The notes: generated by a model from the letters alone, not told the origin. Shown: positions 41,541 to 53,999, counted from the stretch's first letter. The stretch is 64,000 bases of DNA from Heterodontus francisci (GCF_036365525.1 NC_090411.1:35112111-35176110), one strand, 5' to 3'. Translations and numbers: made by a program.

Positions 41541-43032
41541 CTAGAGACGGTCAGTTGTGGGAACCATTAAGTAAGACGAATGTTAAGTAATGCAGTGTTG
41601 CTTTTATGAGTCCTGATGCGGTGTCCATAAAGCTCTCGTGGCCATATTTGCAGAATCCCAATACTGCAGCATTTCTGAATGTGACCAACTTGTAAAATAC
41701 ATTTGTCTTTTTGGCACAGACTAGCACTGTGAACTGGAAGAAAAGCCTCTCAACCAAAATAGTATTACATTTAGCTGGTGGGTTAGTTGTGACCCTCTCA
41801 TTTTAGAAGGGATTGTTGTTGAATTAATGTGTTCAGAGAACTGGCCAAAGTTTGTTGCATTGGCAATCCCCCAATCCATCATTGTTGCTTTCTCCAATTA
41901 ATCAGATTGGAGCAAGTAGATTAAGGAAAACTGAGCCCCTGAGCAGACACCAGCCAGTTTGCAGACTTCCAACAGGGGCTCCGCAAACATGTGTATCTCT
42001 ATGGCCTCTGTTGCACTTTAAAAATGATAACTTTATTGCATAGTTAACACAGAACCTGGCATGATTACAGGCAGAAAGGTAATCAATTTGTATTTTTGCA
42101 TTATTACCACCCTGTCACTGTTTCTTATCCCTTGAATTTGGAAGAGGAATAAACGGTGCAAAGCTGAATAATAAACACTATATGTTTCGGGTAATTGTGA
42201 GGGTCATTTTTGTTTTATGATCCTCGGGCCACAGAAATAAACTGAGTTTCTGACCTGCCAGCTTTGTGATTCTTCCTTCATCCTATTTTGTATTGTGTCT
42301 ATACGAATGAAAAAAAAATTGTTTTAATAAAATCTTCGATTAATTTGTTTAAATATAAAACTAATAGTTTTTGTGGCCTTAATGTGTAACATAAGAGTAT
42401 ATGGCACTGTTTAAGAAAAGTCACTATTAAACTTTTCTTGGTAACAGATTTCAGTTTCCAACTCTTTCTTCCAACTGTAGTCATATCTAGGGGGAACAGC
42501 CTGCGATTTGGTCTTTTAGTATGCAATGGGTAGGTACACTTAAGGGTTTGATTCCAAGACTAGCAATTACTGTGGTTGATGGGGAGTGAAGATTTATCTT
42601 GTTTGTATAACTTGCTGCTATTTCGATAACACTGACCCATAAACAATTTAGCACCTTGGACAGGGAACCCTCACGTACTATTCTCACCAGTAATTTATAT
42701 GTTTGCAAGGCAGTATTGGAGTGATTTAGATATCTCATTAATAATGCCGCTACATTTTGAATGTTTACTGACTTTGATTCTAAGTCAGGGGAACACTTCC
42801 TCGGATTACTCCGCTGGAAGCTATGGGTCCTATGAATTTGTAGCCAAGAGTGCAAGTGGCCTGTGCATCTGAACCTCCACATGTCCTTGTACTATGCCTT
42901 CAGCTGCTTGGATCTTAAGTCTTGAAATTCCCTCCCTAAACCCCTCTATCTCTCTTTCCTCCATTAAGATGCTCCTTAAAACCTACCTCTTTGACCAAGG
43001 TTTTGGTCATCTGCCCTAATATCTCCTTAACA

Positions 43033-46000
43033 GGTAGACAGTGGCGTAGTGGTATTATCACTGGACTAATAACCCAGAGACCCAGGGTATTTCCTGGGTT
43101 CGAATCCCACCACAGCAGAAGGTGGAATTTGAATTTAATTAATAAATCTGGAATTAAAAGCTAGTCTAATGATGGCCATGAAACCATTGTTGATTGTTGT
43201 AAAAACCCATCTGGTTCACTAATGTCCTTTAGGGAAGGAAATCTGCTGTTCTTACCTGGTCTGGCCTACATGTGACTCCAGACCCACAGCAATGTGGTTA
43301 ACTCTTCCATGCCCTCTGAAATGGCCTAGCAAGCCACTCAGTTGTACCTAACCACTACGAAGTCAATAAAAAGGAATGAAACCGGACGGACCACCCAGCA
43401 TCGACCTAGGCACCGGAAATGACAATGGCAAACCCAGCCCTGTCGACCCTGCAAAGTCCTCCTGACTAACATCTGGGGGCTTGTGCCAAAGTTGGGAGAG
43501 CTGTCCCACAGACTAGTCAAGCAACAGCCTGACATAGTCATACTCATGGAATCATACCTTACAGACAATGTCGCAGACACTGCCATCACCATCCCCGGGT
43601 ATGTCCTGTCCCACCGGCAGGACAGACCCACCAGAGGTGGTGACACAGTGGTATACAGTAGGGAGGGAGTTGCCCTGGGAGTCCTCAACATCAACTCCGG
43701 ACCCCATGAAGTCTCATGGCTCCAGGTCAAACATGGGCAAGGTAACCTCCTACTGATTACCACCTACCACCCTCCCTCAGCTGATGACTCAGTACTCCTC
43801 CATGTTGAACACCACTTGGAGGAAGCACTGAGGGTGGCAAGGGCACAAAATGTACTCTGGATGGGGGACTTCAATGTCCATCACCAAGAGTGGCTCGATA
43901 GCACCACCACTGACCGAGCTGGCCGAGTCCTAAAGGACATAGCTGCTAGACTGGATCTGCGGCAGGTGGTGAGGGAAAAACATACTTGACCTCGTCCTCA
44001 CCAATCTGCCTACCGCAGATGCTTCTGTCCATGACTGTATTGGTAGGAGTGACCACCGCACAGTCTTTGTGGAGACAAAGTCCCGCCTTCACATTGAGGA
44101 TACCGTCCCTCGTGTTGTGTGGCACTACCACCGTGCTAAATGGGATAGATTTCGAACAGATCTAGCAATGTAAAACTGGGCATCCATGAGGCGCTGTGGG
44201 CCATCAGCAGCAGCAGAATTGTACTCAACCACAATCTGTAACCTCATGGCCCGGCATATTTCCCACTCTGCCATTACCATCAAGCCAGGAGACCAACCCT
44301 GGTTCAATGAAGAGTGCAGGAGGGCATGCCAGGAGCAGCACCAGGCACACTTCAAAATGAGGTGTCAACCTGGTGAATGTACAACACAGGACTATCTTCG
44401 TGCCAAACTGCGTAAGCAGCCTGCGATAGAGATAAGCGATCCCATAACCAACGGATCAGATCTAAGCTCTGCAGTCCTGCCACATCCAGCCGTGAATGGT
44501 GGTGAACAATTAAACAACTAACTGGAGGAGGTGGCTCCACAAATATCTCCATCCGCAATGATGGGGGAGCCCAGCACATCAGTACGAAAGATAAGGCTGA
44601 AGCATTTGCAACAATCTTCAGCCAGAAGTGCCAAGTTGATGATCCATCTTGGCCTCTTCCTGAAGTCCCCAGCATCACAGATGCCAGACTTCAGCCAATT
44701 CGATTCACTCCGCGTGATATCAAGAAACGACTGAAGGCACTGGATACTGCAAAAGCTATGGCCCTGACAACATTCCAGCAATAGTACTGAAGACCTGTGC
44801 TCCAGAACTTGCCATGCCCCTAGCCAAGCTGTTCCAGTACAGCTACAACACTGGCATCTACCCTGCAATGTGGAAAATTGCCCAGGTATGTCCTGTACAC
44901 AAAAAGCAGGACAAGTCCAACCCGATCAATTACTGCCCCATCAGCCTGCTCTCAATCATCAGTAAAGTGATGGAAGGTGTCATCAACAGTGCCATCAAGC
45001 GGCACTTGCTTAGCAATACCTGCTCAGTGACACTCAGTTTGGGTTCCGCCAGGGCCACTCAGCTCCTGACCTCATTACAGCCTTGGTTCAAACATGGACA
45101 AAAGAGCTGAACTCAAGAGGTGAGGTGAGAGTGACTGCCCTTGACATCAAGGCAGCATTTGACATCAAGTATGGCATCAAGGAGCCCTAGCAAAACTGAG
45201 GTCAATGGGAATCAGGGGGAAAACCCTCCGCTGGCTGGAATCATACCCAGCGCAAAGGAAGATGGTTGTAGTTGTTGGAGGTCAATCATCTGAGCTCCAG
45301 GACATCACTGCAGGAGTTCCTCAGGATAGTGTCCTAGGCCCAACCATCTTCAGCTGCTTCATCAATGACCTTCCTTCAATCATACGGTCAGAAGTGGGGA
45401 TGTTCGCTGATGATTGCACAATGTTCAGCACCATTCGTGACTTCTCAGATACTGAACCAGTCCGTGTAGAAATGCAGCAAGACCAGGACAATATCCAGGC
45501 TTGGGCTGATAAGTGGCAAGTAACATTCACACCACACAAGTGCCAGGCAATGACCATCTCCAACAAAAGAGAATCTAACCATCTCCCCTTGACATTCAAC
45601 GGCATTACCATCGCTGAATCCCCCACTATCAACATCCTAGGGGCTACCATTGACCAGAAACTGAACAGGAGTAGCCATATAAATACCGTGGCTACAAGAG
45701 CAGGTCAGAGGCTAGGAATCCTGTGGCGAATAACTCGCCTCCTGACTCCCAAAGCCTATCCACCATCTACAAGGCACAAGTCAGGGGTGTGATGGAATAC
45801 TCTCCACTTGCCTGGATGGGTGCAGCTCCAACAACACTCAAGAAGCTCAACACCATCCAGGACAAAGCAGCCCGCTTGACTGGCACCCCATCTACAAACA
45901 TTCACTCCCTCCACCACCAACGCACAGTGGCAGCAGTGTGTACCATCTACAAGATGCACTGCAGCAACGCACCAAGGCTCCTTAGACAGCACCTTCCAAA

Positions 46001-46302
46001 CCCGCAACCTCTATCACCTGGAAGGACAAGGGCAGCAAATGCATGGGAACACCAGCACCTGCAAGTCCCCCTCCATGTCACACACCATCCTGACTTGGAA
46101 CTATATCACCGTTCCTTCACTGTCACTGGGTCAAAATCCTGGAACTCCCTTCCTAACAGCACTGTGGGTATACCTACCCCAAATGGACTGCAGCGGTTCA
46201 AGAAGGCAGCTCACCACCACCTTCTCAAGGGCAATTAGGGATGGGCAATAAATGCTGGCCTGGCCAGCGACGCCCACAACCCATGAATGAATTAAAAAAA
46301 AA
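43033..46302 (+). mobile_element. Apparently full-length non-LTR retrotransposon (CR1/L2-group-like, single APE+RT ORF, frameshifted) with tRNA-like 5' head
   Basis: APE motifs KVLLTNIWGL, DIVILMES, MGDFNVH; RT motifs TALDIKAAFD, GVPQ.SVLGP, FADD; 3' end AATAAA...(ATGA)n + poly(A); A box 43042-43052 and B box 43097-43107. Clade not determined. Confidence 0.9.
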
Positions 46303-46557
46303 GCAAAATGCTGCGGATGCTGGAAATCTGAAATAAAAACAAGAAATGCTGGAAATACTCAGCAGGTCTGACAGCATCTGTGGAGAGAGAAACAGAGTTA
46401 ACGTTTCAGGTCAGTGACCCTTCTTCAGAACTTGGCAGCATCTGTGGAGAGAGAAGCAGAGTTAACGTTTCAAGTCAGTGACCCTTCTAGAGAACTTCTT
46501 CAGAGTTCAGATGCTGCCAGACCTGCTGATTATTTCCAGCATTTCTTGTTTTTATTT
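46303..46557. mobile_element. Penelope terminal-repeat-derived fold-back insertion with a tandem internal duplication
   Basis: Same family as 33606-33781; CTAATATCTCCTTA duplicated at 43016-43029 and 46558-46571. Confidence 0.8.
46396..46432 (-). ncRNA. Minimal hammerhead ribozyme motif (second copy; degenerate tandem copy at about 46460-46495)
   Basis: Minus strand: AGUU-CUGAAGA-AGGGUCACUGACCU-GAAAC-GUU-AACU. Confidence 0.65.
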
Positions 46558-48886
46558 CTAATATCTCCTTATGTCGCTTTGTCACAAATTTTGATAACGT
46601 TCCTGTGATGTGCCTTGGGATGTTTTATTGTGTTAAAGGCGCTATATGAATGCAAGTTAGTGTCATCCAACGTCAACAATCCAATTGGATTTTTCACTGC
46701 TGCTCTGAGGTTGTGCCTCTGCTCAGTAATATGCAGCTTGGCTCAGAGCAGAGCGAGCCATTCCGATCAGTTCATCCCTTTCTTCATAAATAAGACACAC
46801 ACCTTGTTTACTTTTTGCTGATGCATTCAACCTGGGGAGGGCTCTTGCAAGAGAAAGTTTTAAGTAATGAATATTCTGCGAGGGAATTTGGAAAATAAAA
46901 AGCCGCACAGCAATGAGAAACAGTAACACTGCTTCCAAATGATGCAACATTAAGTTCAGCCTGTATATTGCTGTTTTTAGTTAGTGCTGAGTCACTTATT
47001 GCAAATTATACAGTGACAGTAACTATGCAGCCAGTGTCATGGCATTCCATAGTAACTCCATGGAGATATGCAAATTACAAGTCCTTATGCAAGGTAAGTG
47101 CCATACTGTAGGCTGCAGAGACCAAGTCAACACAATGGAGCTTTGTAAGAAGGCAAATCAAGTGGTTCATGTGACATTGTCATGAAGCGCAAGCTCAATA
47201 TGCAAGCTGTTTATGAACATCAGCTGAACCCTGAGATTTTAAGTCCGTGAGATAATAACCAGATCATGTGTGCATATAAAACCATACAGCACCGCAGGAG
47301 TCCATTCAGCCCATCATGCCTGTGCTGGCCTTTTGAAAGAGCTGTCCAATTAGTCCCATTTCCCCCTTTGCTTTTTCCCCATTGCCCCGTAACTTTTTCT
47401 GTTTCAAGTATTTCTCCAATTCCCCTTTGAAGATTATTATTGAATTTGTTTCCACCCCCCTTTCAGATCATAACTCGCTGCGGAAAAAAAAATTCCCCTC
47501 AACTCTCCTCTGGTTCTTCTGCCAACCTTAAATCCGCGTCCTCTAGTTACTGACAGAGTAAATAGGGAGAACTATTTCTACTATCAAAACTCCACGTGAT
47601 TTTGAACATCTCTATTAAATCGCCCTTTAACCTTCTCAGCTTAAGTAGAACAATTGCAGCTTCCCTCAGGTCCAATCCTAAATTTACCATTAAACCATTA
47701 AACAAGGGTGACACTGTTGGTGCTCGAGGAGCTGAAGTCTACCTTTCGGAGGCTGAATGCCAATTCTCTGACCTCTCCTTCCATGACCCCACATCAAGCC
47801 ATCACTTCCCAGACTGTCACCGACCTCATCTCCGCTGGAGAGCTTATCTCCACAGCCTTCAACTTCATCGTCCCTCAACCCCACACAGACCACGTCTACC
47901 TCATTTCAAAGATCTACAACAGGGTTGCCTGATAGGGCAATCATTTAAGCCATGGCACTGATTTCTTCCGATATCAACTATTTTTTTCTTCTACTCCTGT
48001 CCTGTCTCTTCCCACCTACGTCCATGACTTCCAACACCCACTACCACTTTAACAGTTTCCTGGCCCCAACCCATCTCCTTTTCACCATGAACATCCAATC
48101 CCTTTACACTTCCAACTCCCACCAGGACGGTCTTAAGGCTCTCCACTTCTTCCTTGAATGGAGGCCCAACTAGTCCTCATCCACCACCACCCTCCTCCAC
48201 CTGTCTGAACTTGTTCTCACATTGAACAACTTCTCCTTTAACTCCATTCACTTCATCCAAATAAAAAGTGTTGCTATGGAAACCTGTAAGGTTCCTAGCT
48301 ATGTCTGCCTTTTTGTGGGATATGTGAAACATTCTTTGTTGGAACCTTTCTCGGACCCTCTTGCTCATCTCTGTTTCTGGTAAATTGATGACTGTATCAC
48401 GGCTCTCGACCTGAACTGGAAAATGTCATCAGCTTTGTTTCCCATTTCCACCCTTCCCTCATCTGCACATGGTTCATCTCTGACTCTTCCCTTACCTTTG
48501 TCAACTTCTCTATCTCCATTTTTGCAATAGACTGTTGGTCAATATCTGCTCTACTCCACTGACTCCCACAGCTACCTTACACTGATTACACTTCCTCACA
48601 TCTTCCTGTAAGGAGTCTATTCCATTCTCCCAGTTTTTCTGTCTCTGTCCTGTTGATGCCACCTCCCATACCAATGCTTTCAATATGTCTTCCTTTTTCC
48701 TCAACTGAGGATTCCCCCTCCACCGTGGTCGACAGGGCCCTTGACCATGTCTGTCCCACTTCCCGCACATCTGTTCTCGCTTCCCCTCCTTCCCTCCCAG
48801 AATCACGATCAGGTTACCATTGTCTGCACCTTCCACCCCATCAGCCTCCACAAGCAATGCATCATCTTCCACCAATTCCACCACCT

Positions 48887-51800
48887 GGAGGGATGGTGCA
48901 GGAGGGAGGGTTTTGGTTTCCTGGATAATTGGGGCTCTTTCTGGGGTAGGTGGGACCTCTACAAACAGGATGGTCTTCACCTGAACCAGAGGGGTACCAA
49001 TATCCTGGGGGGGAGATTTGCTAGTGCTCTTCGGGGGGGGTTTAAACTAATTCAGCAGGGGAATGGGAACCTAAATTGTAATGCCAGTGTACAGGATGTT
49101 GAGAGTAGTGAGGTCAGGGATAAGGTTACAAGGACGCAATAGGGCACTGGCAAGCAAGAACCTGGTTTAAAGTGTGTCTACTTCAACGCCAGGAGCATCC
49201 GGAATAAGGTGGGTGAGCTTGCAGCATGGGTTGGTACCTGGGATCTCGATGTAGTGGCCATTTCGGAGACATGGGTAGAGCAGGGGCAGGAATGGATGTT
49301 GCAGGTTCCGGGATTTAGATGTTTCAGTAAGAACAGAGAAGATGGTAAAAGAGGGGGGGGGGGGGGGGTGGCATTGTTAATCAAGGAGAGTATTACAGGG
49401 ACAGAAAGGACATTTGAGGACTCGTCTACTGAGGTAGTATGGGCCGAGGTTAGAAACAGGAGAGGTGAGGTCACCCTGTTGGGAGTCTTTTATAGACCTC
49501 CGAATAGTTCCAGAGATGTAGAGGAAAGGATAGCGAAGATGATTCTCGACAGGGGCGAGAGTAACAGGGTAGTTATTATGGGGGACTTTAACTTTCCAAA
49601 TATTGACTGGAAATACTATAGTTCGAGTACTTTAGATGGGTCAGTTTTTGTCCAGTGTGTGCAGGAGGGTTTTCTGACACAGTATGTAGACAGGCCAACC
49701 AGGGGCGATGCCACATTGGATTTGGTACTGGGAAATGAACCCGGCCAGGTGTTAGATTTAGATGTAGGTGAGCACTTTGGTGATAGTGATCACAATTCGG
49801 TTAGGTTTACCTTAGCGATGGGCAGGGACAGGTATATACCGCAGGGCAAGAATTATAGCTGGGGGAGAGGAAATTATGATGCGATTAGGTAAGATTTAGG
49901 ATGCGTAGGATGGGGAAGGAAACTGCAGGGGATGGGAACAATCGAAATGTGGAGCTTATTCAAGGAGCAGCTACTGCGTGTCCTTGATAAGTATGTATCT
50001 GTCAGGCAGGGAGGAAGTTGTCAAGCGAGGGAGCCGTGGTTTACTAAAGAAGTTGAAGCGCTTGTCAAGAGGAAGAAGAAGGCTTATGTTAGGATGAGAC
50101 GTGAAGGCTCAGTTAGGGCGCTTGAGAGTTACAAGCTAGCCAGGAAGGATCTAAAGGGAGAGCTAAGAAGAGCAAGGAGAGGACACGAGAAGTCATTGGC
50201 GGATAGGATCAGGGAAAACCCTAAGGCTTTCTATAGGTATATCAGGAATAAAAGAATGACTAGAGTTAGATTAGGGCCAATCAAGGATAGTAGTGGGAAG
50301 TTGTGTGTGGAATCAGAGGAGATAGGGGAAGCGTTAAATGAATATTTTGCGTCAGTATTTACAGTAGAGAAAGAAAATGTTGTCGAGGAGAATACTGAGA
50401 TTCAGGCTACTAGGCTAGATGGGATTGAGGTTCACAAGGAGGAGGTGTTATCAATTTTGGAAAGTGTGAAAATAGATAAGTCCCCTGGGCCAGATGGGAT
50501 TTATCCTAGGATTCTCTGGGAAGCTAGGGAGGAGATTGCAGAGCCTTTGTCCTTGATCTTTATGTCGTCATTGTCGACAGGAATAGTGCCGGAAGACTGG
50601 AGGATAGCAAATGTTGTCCCCTTGTTCAAGAAGGGGAGTAGAGACAGCCCTGGTAATTATAGACCTGTGAGCCTTACTTCGGTTGTGGGTAAAATATTGG
50701 AAAAGGTTATAAGAGACAGGATTTATAATCATCTAGAAAAGAATACGTTCATTAGCGATAGTCAGCACGGTTTTGTGAAGGGTAGGTCGTGCCTCACAAA
50801 CCTTATTGAGTTTTTCGAGAAGGTGACCAAACAGGTGGATGAGGGTAAAGCAGTGGATGTGGTGTATATGGATTTCAGTAAGGCGTTTGATAAGGTTCCC
50901 CATGGTAGGTTATTGCAGAAAATACGGAAGTATGGGGTTGAAGGTGATTTAGAGCTTTGGATCAGAAATTGGCTAGCTGAAAGAAGACAGAGGGTGGTGG
51001 TTGATGGCAAATGTTCATCCTGGAGTTTAGTTACTAGTGGTGTATCGCAAGGATCTGTTTTGGGGCCACTGCTGTTTGTCATTTTTATAAATGACCTGGA
51101 AGAGGGTGTAGAAGGGTGGGTTAGTAAATTTGCGGATGACACTAAGGTCGGTGGAGTTGTGGATAGTGCCGAAGGATGTTGTAGGGTACAAAGGGACATA
51201 GATAGGCTGCAGAGCTGGGCTGAGAGATGGCAAATGGAGTTTAATGCGGAAAAGTGTGAGGTGATTCGCTTTGGAAGGAGTAACAGGAATGCAGAGTACT
51301 GGGCTAATGGGAAGATTCTTGGTAGTGTAGATGAACAGAGAGATCGTGGTGTCCAGGTACATAAATCCCTGAAGGTTGGTACCCAGGTTAATAGGGATGT
51401 TAAGAAGGCATATGGGGTGTTAGCTTTTATTAGTAGGGGGATCGAGTTTCGGAGCCACGAGGTCATGCTGCAGCTGTACAAAACTCTGGTGAGACCGCAC
51501 CTGGAGTATTGCGTGCAGTTCTGGTCACCACATTATAGGAAGGATGTGGAAGCTTTGGAAAGGGTGCAGAGGAGATTTACTAGGATGTTGCCTGGTATGG
51601 AGGGAAGGTCTTACGAGGAAAGGCTGAGGGACTTGAGGTTGTTTTCGTTGGAGAGAAGGAGGAGGAGAGGTGACTTAATAGAGACATATAAGATAATCAG
51701 AGGGTTAGATAGGGTGGATAGTGAGAGTCTTTTTCCTCGGATGGTGATGGCAAACACGAGGGGACATAGCTTTAAGTTGAGGGGTGATAGATATAGGACA

Positions 51801-52024
51801 GATGTCAGAGGTAGTTTCTTTACTCAGAGAGTAGTAGGGGCGTGGAACGCCCTGCCTGCAACAGTAGTAGACTCGTCAACTTTAAGGGCATTTAAGTGGT
51901 CATTGGATAGACGTATGGATGAAAATGGAATAGTGTAGGTCAGATGGTTTCACAGGTCGGCGCAACATCGAGGGCCGAAGGGCCTGTACTGCGCTGTAAT
52001 GTTCTAATTCTAATTCTAATTCTA
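48887..52024 (+). mobile_element. Young 5'-truncated CR1 LINE: end of ORF1 (SGNH esterase) plus near-intact ORF2 (APE+RT)
   Basis: DGLHLN esterase motif; LKCVYFNARSIRNK/GDFNFP/SDH endonuclease; YMDFSKAFDKVPH, QGSVLGP, FADD RT; in-frame stops at 49140 and 49890; (ATTCTA)n tail; ACCT repeated at 48883-48886 and 52025-52028. Confidence 0.95.
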
Positions 52025-52282
52025 ACCTCCAGTGTGAAGACGCCACCAAATGCATCATCCCCTTCCCTTTCAATTCCCAAGGAACTGTTCCCTCTGTGAA
52101 ACCCTGGTCCACTCCTCAATCACCCCCAACAGCCTCTCCCCTTCCCACGGCAGCTTTCCTTGCAAGTACAGGAGATGAAACACCTGCCCTTTTACTTCCT
52201 CCCTTCCAGGGCCCCAAACACTCCTTCCACATGAAACAGCAATTTCTTTATACTTCTTTCAATTTTATATACTCACATTGTA

Positions 52283-52611
52283 GGGTGGCACAGTGGCGCA
52301 GTGGTTAGCACTTCAGCCTCACAGCTCCAGCGACCTGGGTTTGATTCTGGGTACTGCCTGTGTGGAGTTCTCCCTGTATCTGCGTGGGTTTCTGCCGGGT
52401 GCTCCGGTTTCCTCCCACAGGCAAAGACTTGCAGGTTGATAGGTAAATTGGCCATTATAAATTGCCCCTAGTATAGGTAGGAGAATGGTGGGGATGGGAT
52501 AGGAATATGGGATTAGTGTAGGATTAGTATAAATGGGTGGTTGATGGTTGGCACAGACTCGGTGGGCCGAAGGGCCTGTTTCAGTGCTATATCTCTAAAT
52601 TAATAAATAAA
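52283..52611 (+). mobile_element. HE1-like V-SINE
   Basis: Same family as 17101-17460. Confidence 0.85.
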
Positions 52612-53999
52612 TGCAGCATCCTCTACATGGGAAAACCAAATGCAGATTGGGTGATTGCTTTGTGGAAAACCTCTGATCAGCTTGCAAGTGTGACCCCGAG
52701 CTTCCGACCACTTGTCATTTTAATTCTCCATCCCATTCTGACCTCTCTGTCCTGGGCCTCCTACACTGTTCCAATGAAGCTCAATGCAAGCTGGAGGAAC
52801 ACCACTTCATCTTTCAATTGGGCACTTTCCTGTCTTCTGGACTCCAGCATTATCTGGTCATTATCACCTTGCTGATTATGGGATCTTGCTATGTGCAAAT
52901 TGACTGCCAGACTTTCCAGCATTACAACATTCTAAAAGTACTTTATTGGTTGTGAAATACTTTGGAATGTCCCAAGGAGGTGCAAGGCACTGTATAAATG
53001 CAAATTATTCCAAACAATGATGCAGAAGGGATTTGCTACTATTAATGCAACAAATAAACATTTTAAAAATCATTTTCAGGACAGCCAGGCTGGCATTTAT
53101 TGTCCATCTCTAGTTACCCCTTGAGGAAGTGATGGTAAGCCACCTTCTGGAACTGCTGCAATCATGTGGTAAAGGTATTCCTAACAGTGCAGTTAGTTCC
53201 AGTTAGTAGCTTATGGGAGCTGCCTGCACTTCTTACCAGAGAGAAAATATCAATCTTTTTCATTTCAGAAACAGTCGTTGAATGTTTAGTTGTGAGAAAT
53301 GATCCTGGTGTTACCCTATCAGAACTTTGTAAAACACTGGCAAGCAGCCAGTTCCTGATCCAGGATGTTAGGTTTAGGTTGGGAAGGATCCAGGAAATGC
53401 TGCGTGTTTTCCAAAAGGAAGGGAGGAAATATCAGGGAGCATTGGCCTTGGTCACTGCTGTTTTAGTATTTACAAAGGATGAAGATACAGCCACTGCGGA
53501 ATGCATGACTTATTCAAACACAGGGACTGGACAGAGGCCCAACCTCTGTAGTGATCAAGGTGTCTATAACAGGACTGCATGACCTTGAATTAATCATTCA
53601 ACACACATTGGCCATTGATCAAAGAATAATTGTTTTTTTCTGGTATAATGAATGTGCCCAAAAGAAAAATTCTTTTTACTGAAAAGAGCACTCCTCATTT
53701 ACAAATTCATTCTAGACCTCACTGCACAACCTCTCTGCATCCTCCCTGAGGCCCATGCCCTCTCTGACTATGTGCTTCCTCCAGCCTCCCCTTTACTCCA
53801 TCGGGGCTTTCAGAGCATCGAGGCACCGCATAGTTTGTTCCCTAAATCCCGGCACCTTGTCCCCTTTCTCCCCACTTTCAGAAACTTCCTTAAACCTATC
53901 TCCATGACTGCCCCTTTGACCAGCTCCCTGAACTCTTCTCCCAAAGTCTCTATTACATGTTCAGCGCCCTTTGGGATATTTCATTATATAAATGGCCCT

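Larger units (their letters stand above)
47655..52847 (+). mobile_element. Degenerate Penelope-like element remnant interrupted by the CR1 (48887-52024) and an HE1-like SINE (52283-52611)
   Basis: LRSNP..TIKP..KG Penelope RT N-terminus at about 47660; segments at 48600-48886, 52025-52282 and 52612-52847 are colinear with the Penelope copy at 58982-60175. Confidence 0.75.

Noticed and set aside
43033-43115. Functional tRNA gene
   Set aside because: A and B boxes are present, but I could not form a convincing acceptor stem and there is no downstream T-run terminator; it is the head of a retroelement.
48741-49142. 133-aa novel protein
   Set aside because: Chance fusion of Penelope remnant sequence to the 5'-truncated CR1 ORF1 end.
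50762-51481. 239-aa minus-strand ORF
   Set aside because: Antisense shadow of the CR1 RT coding region.
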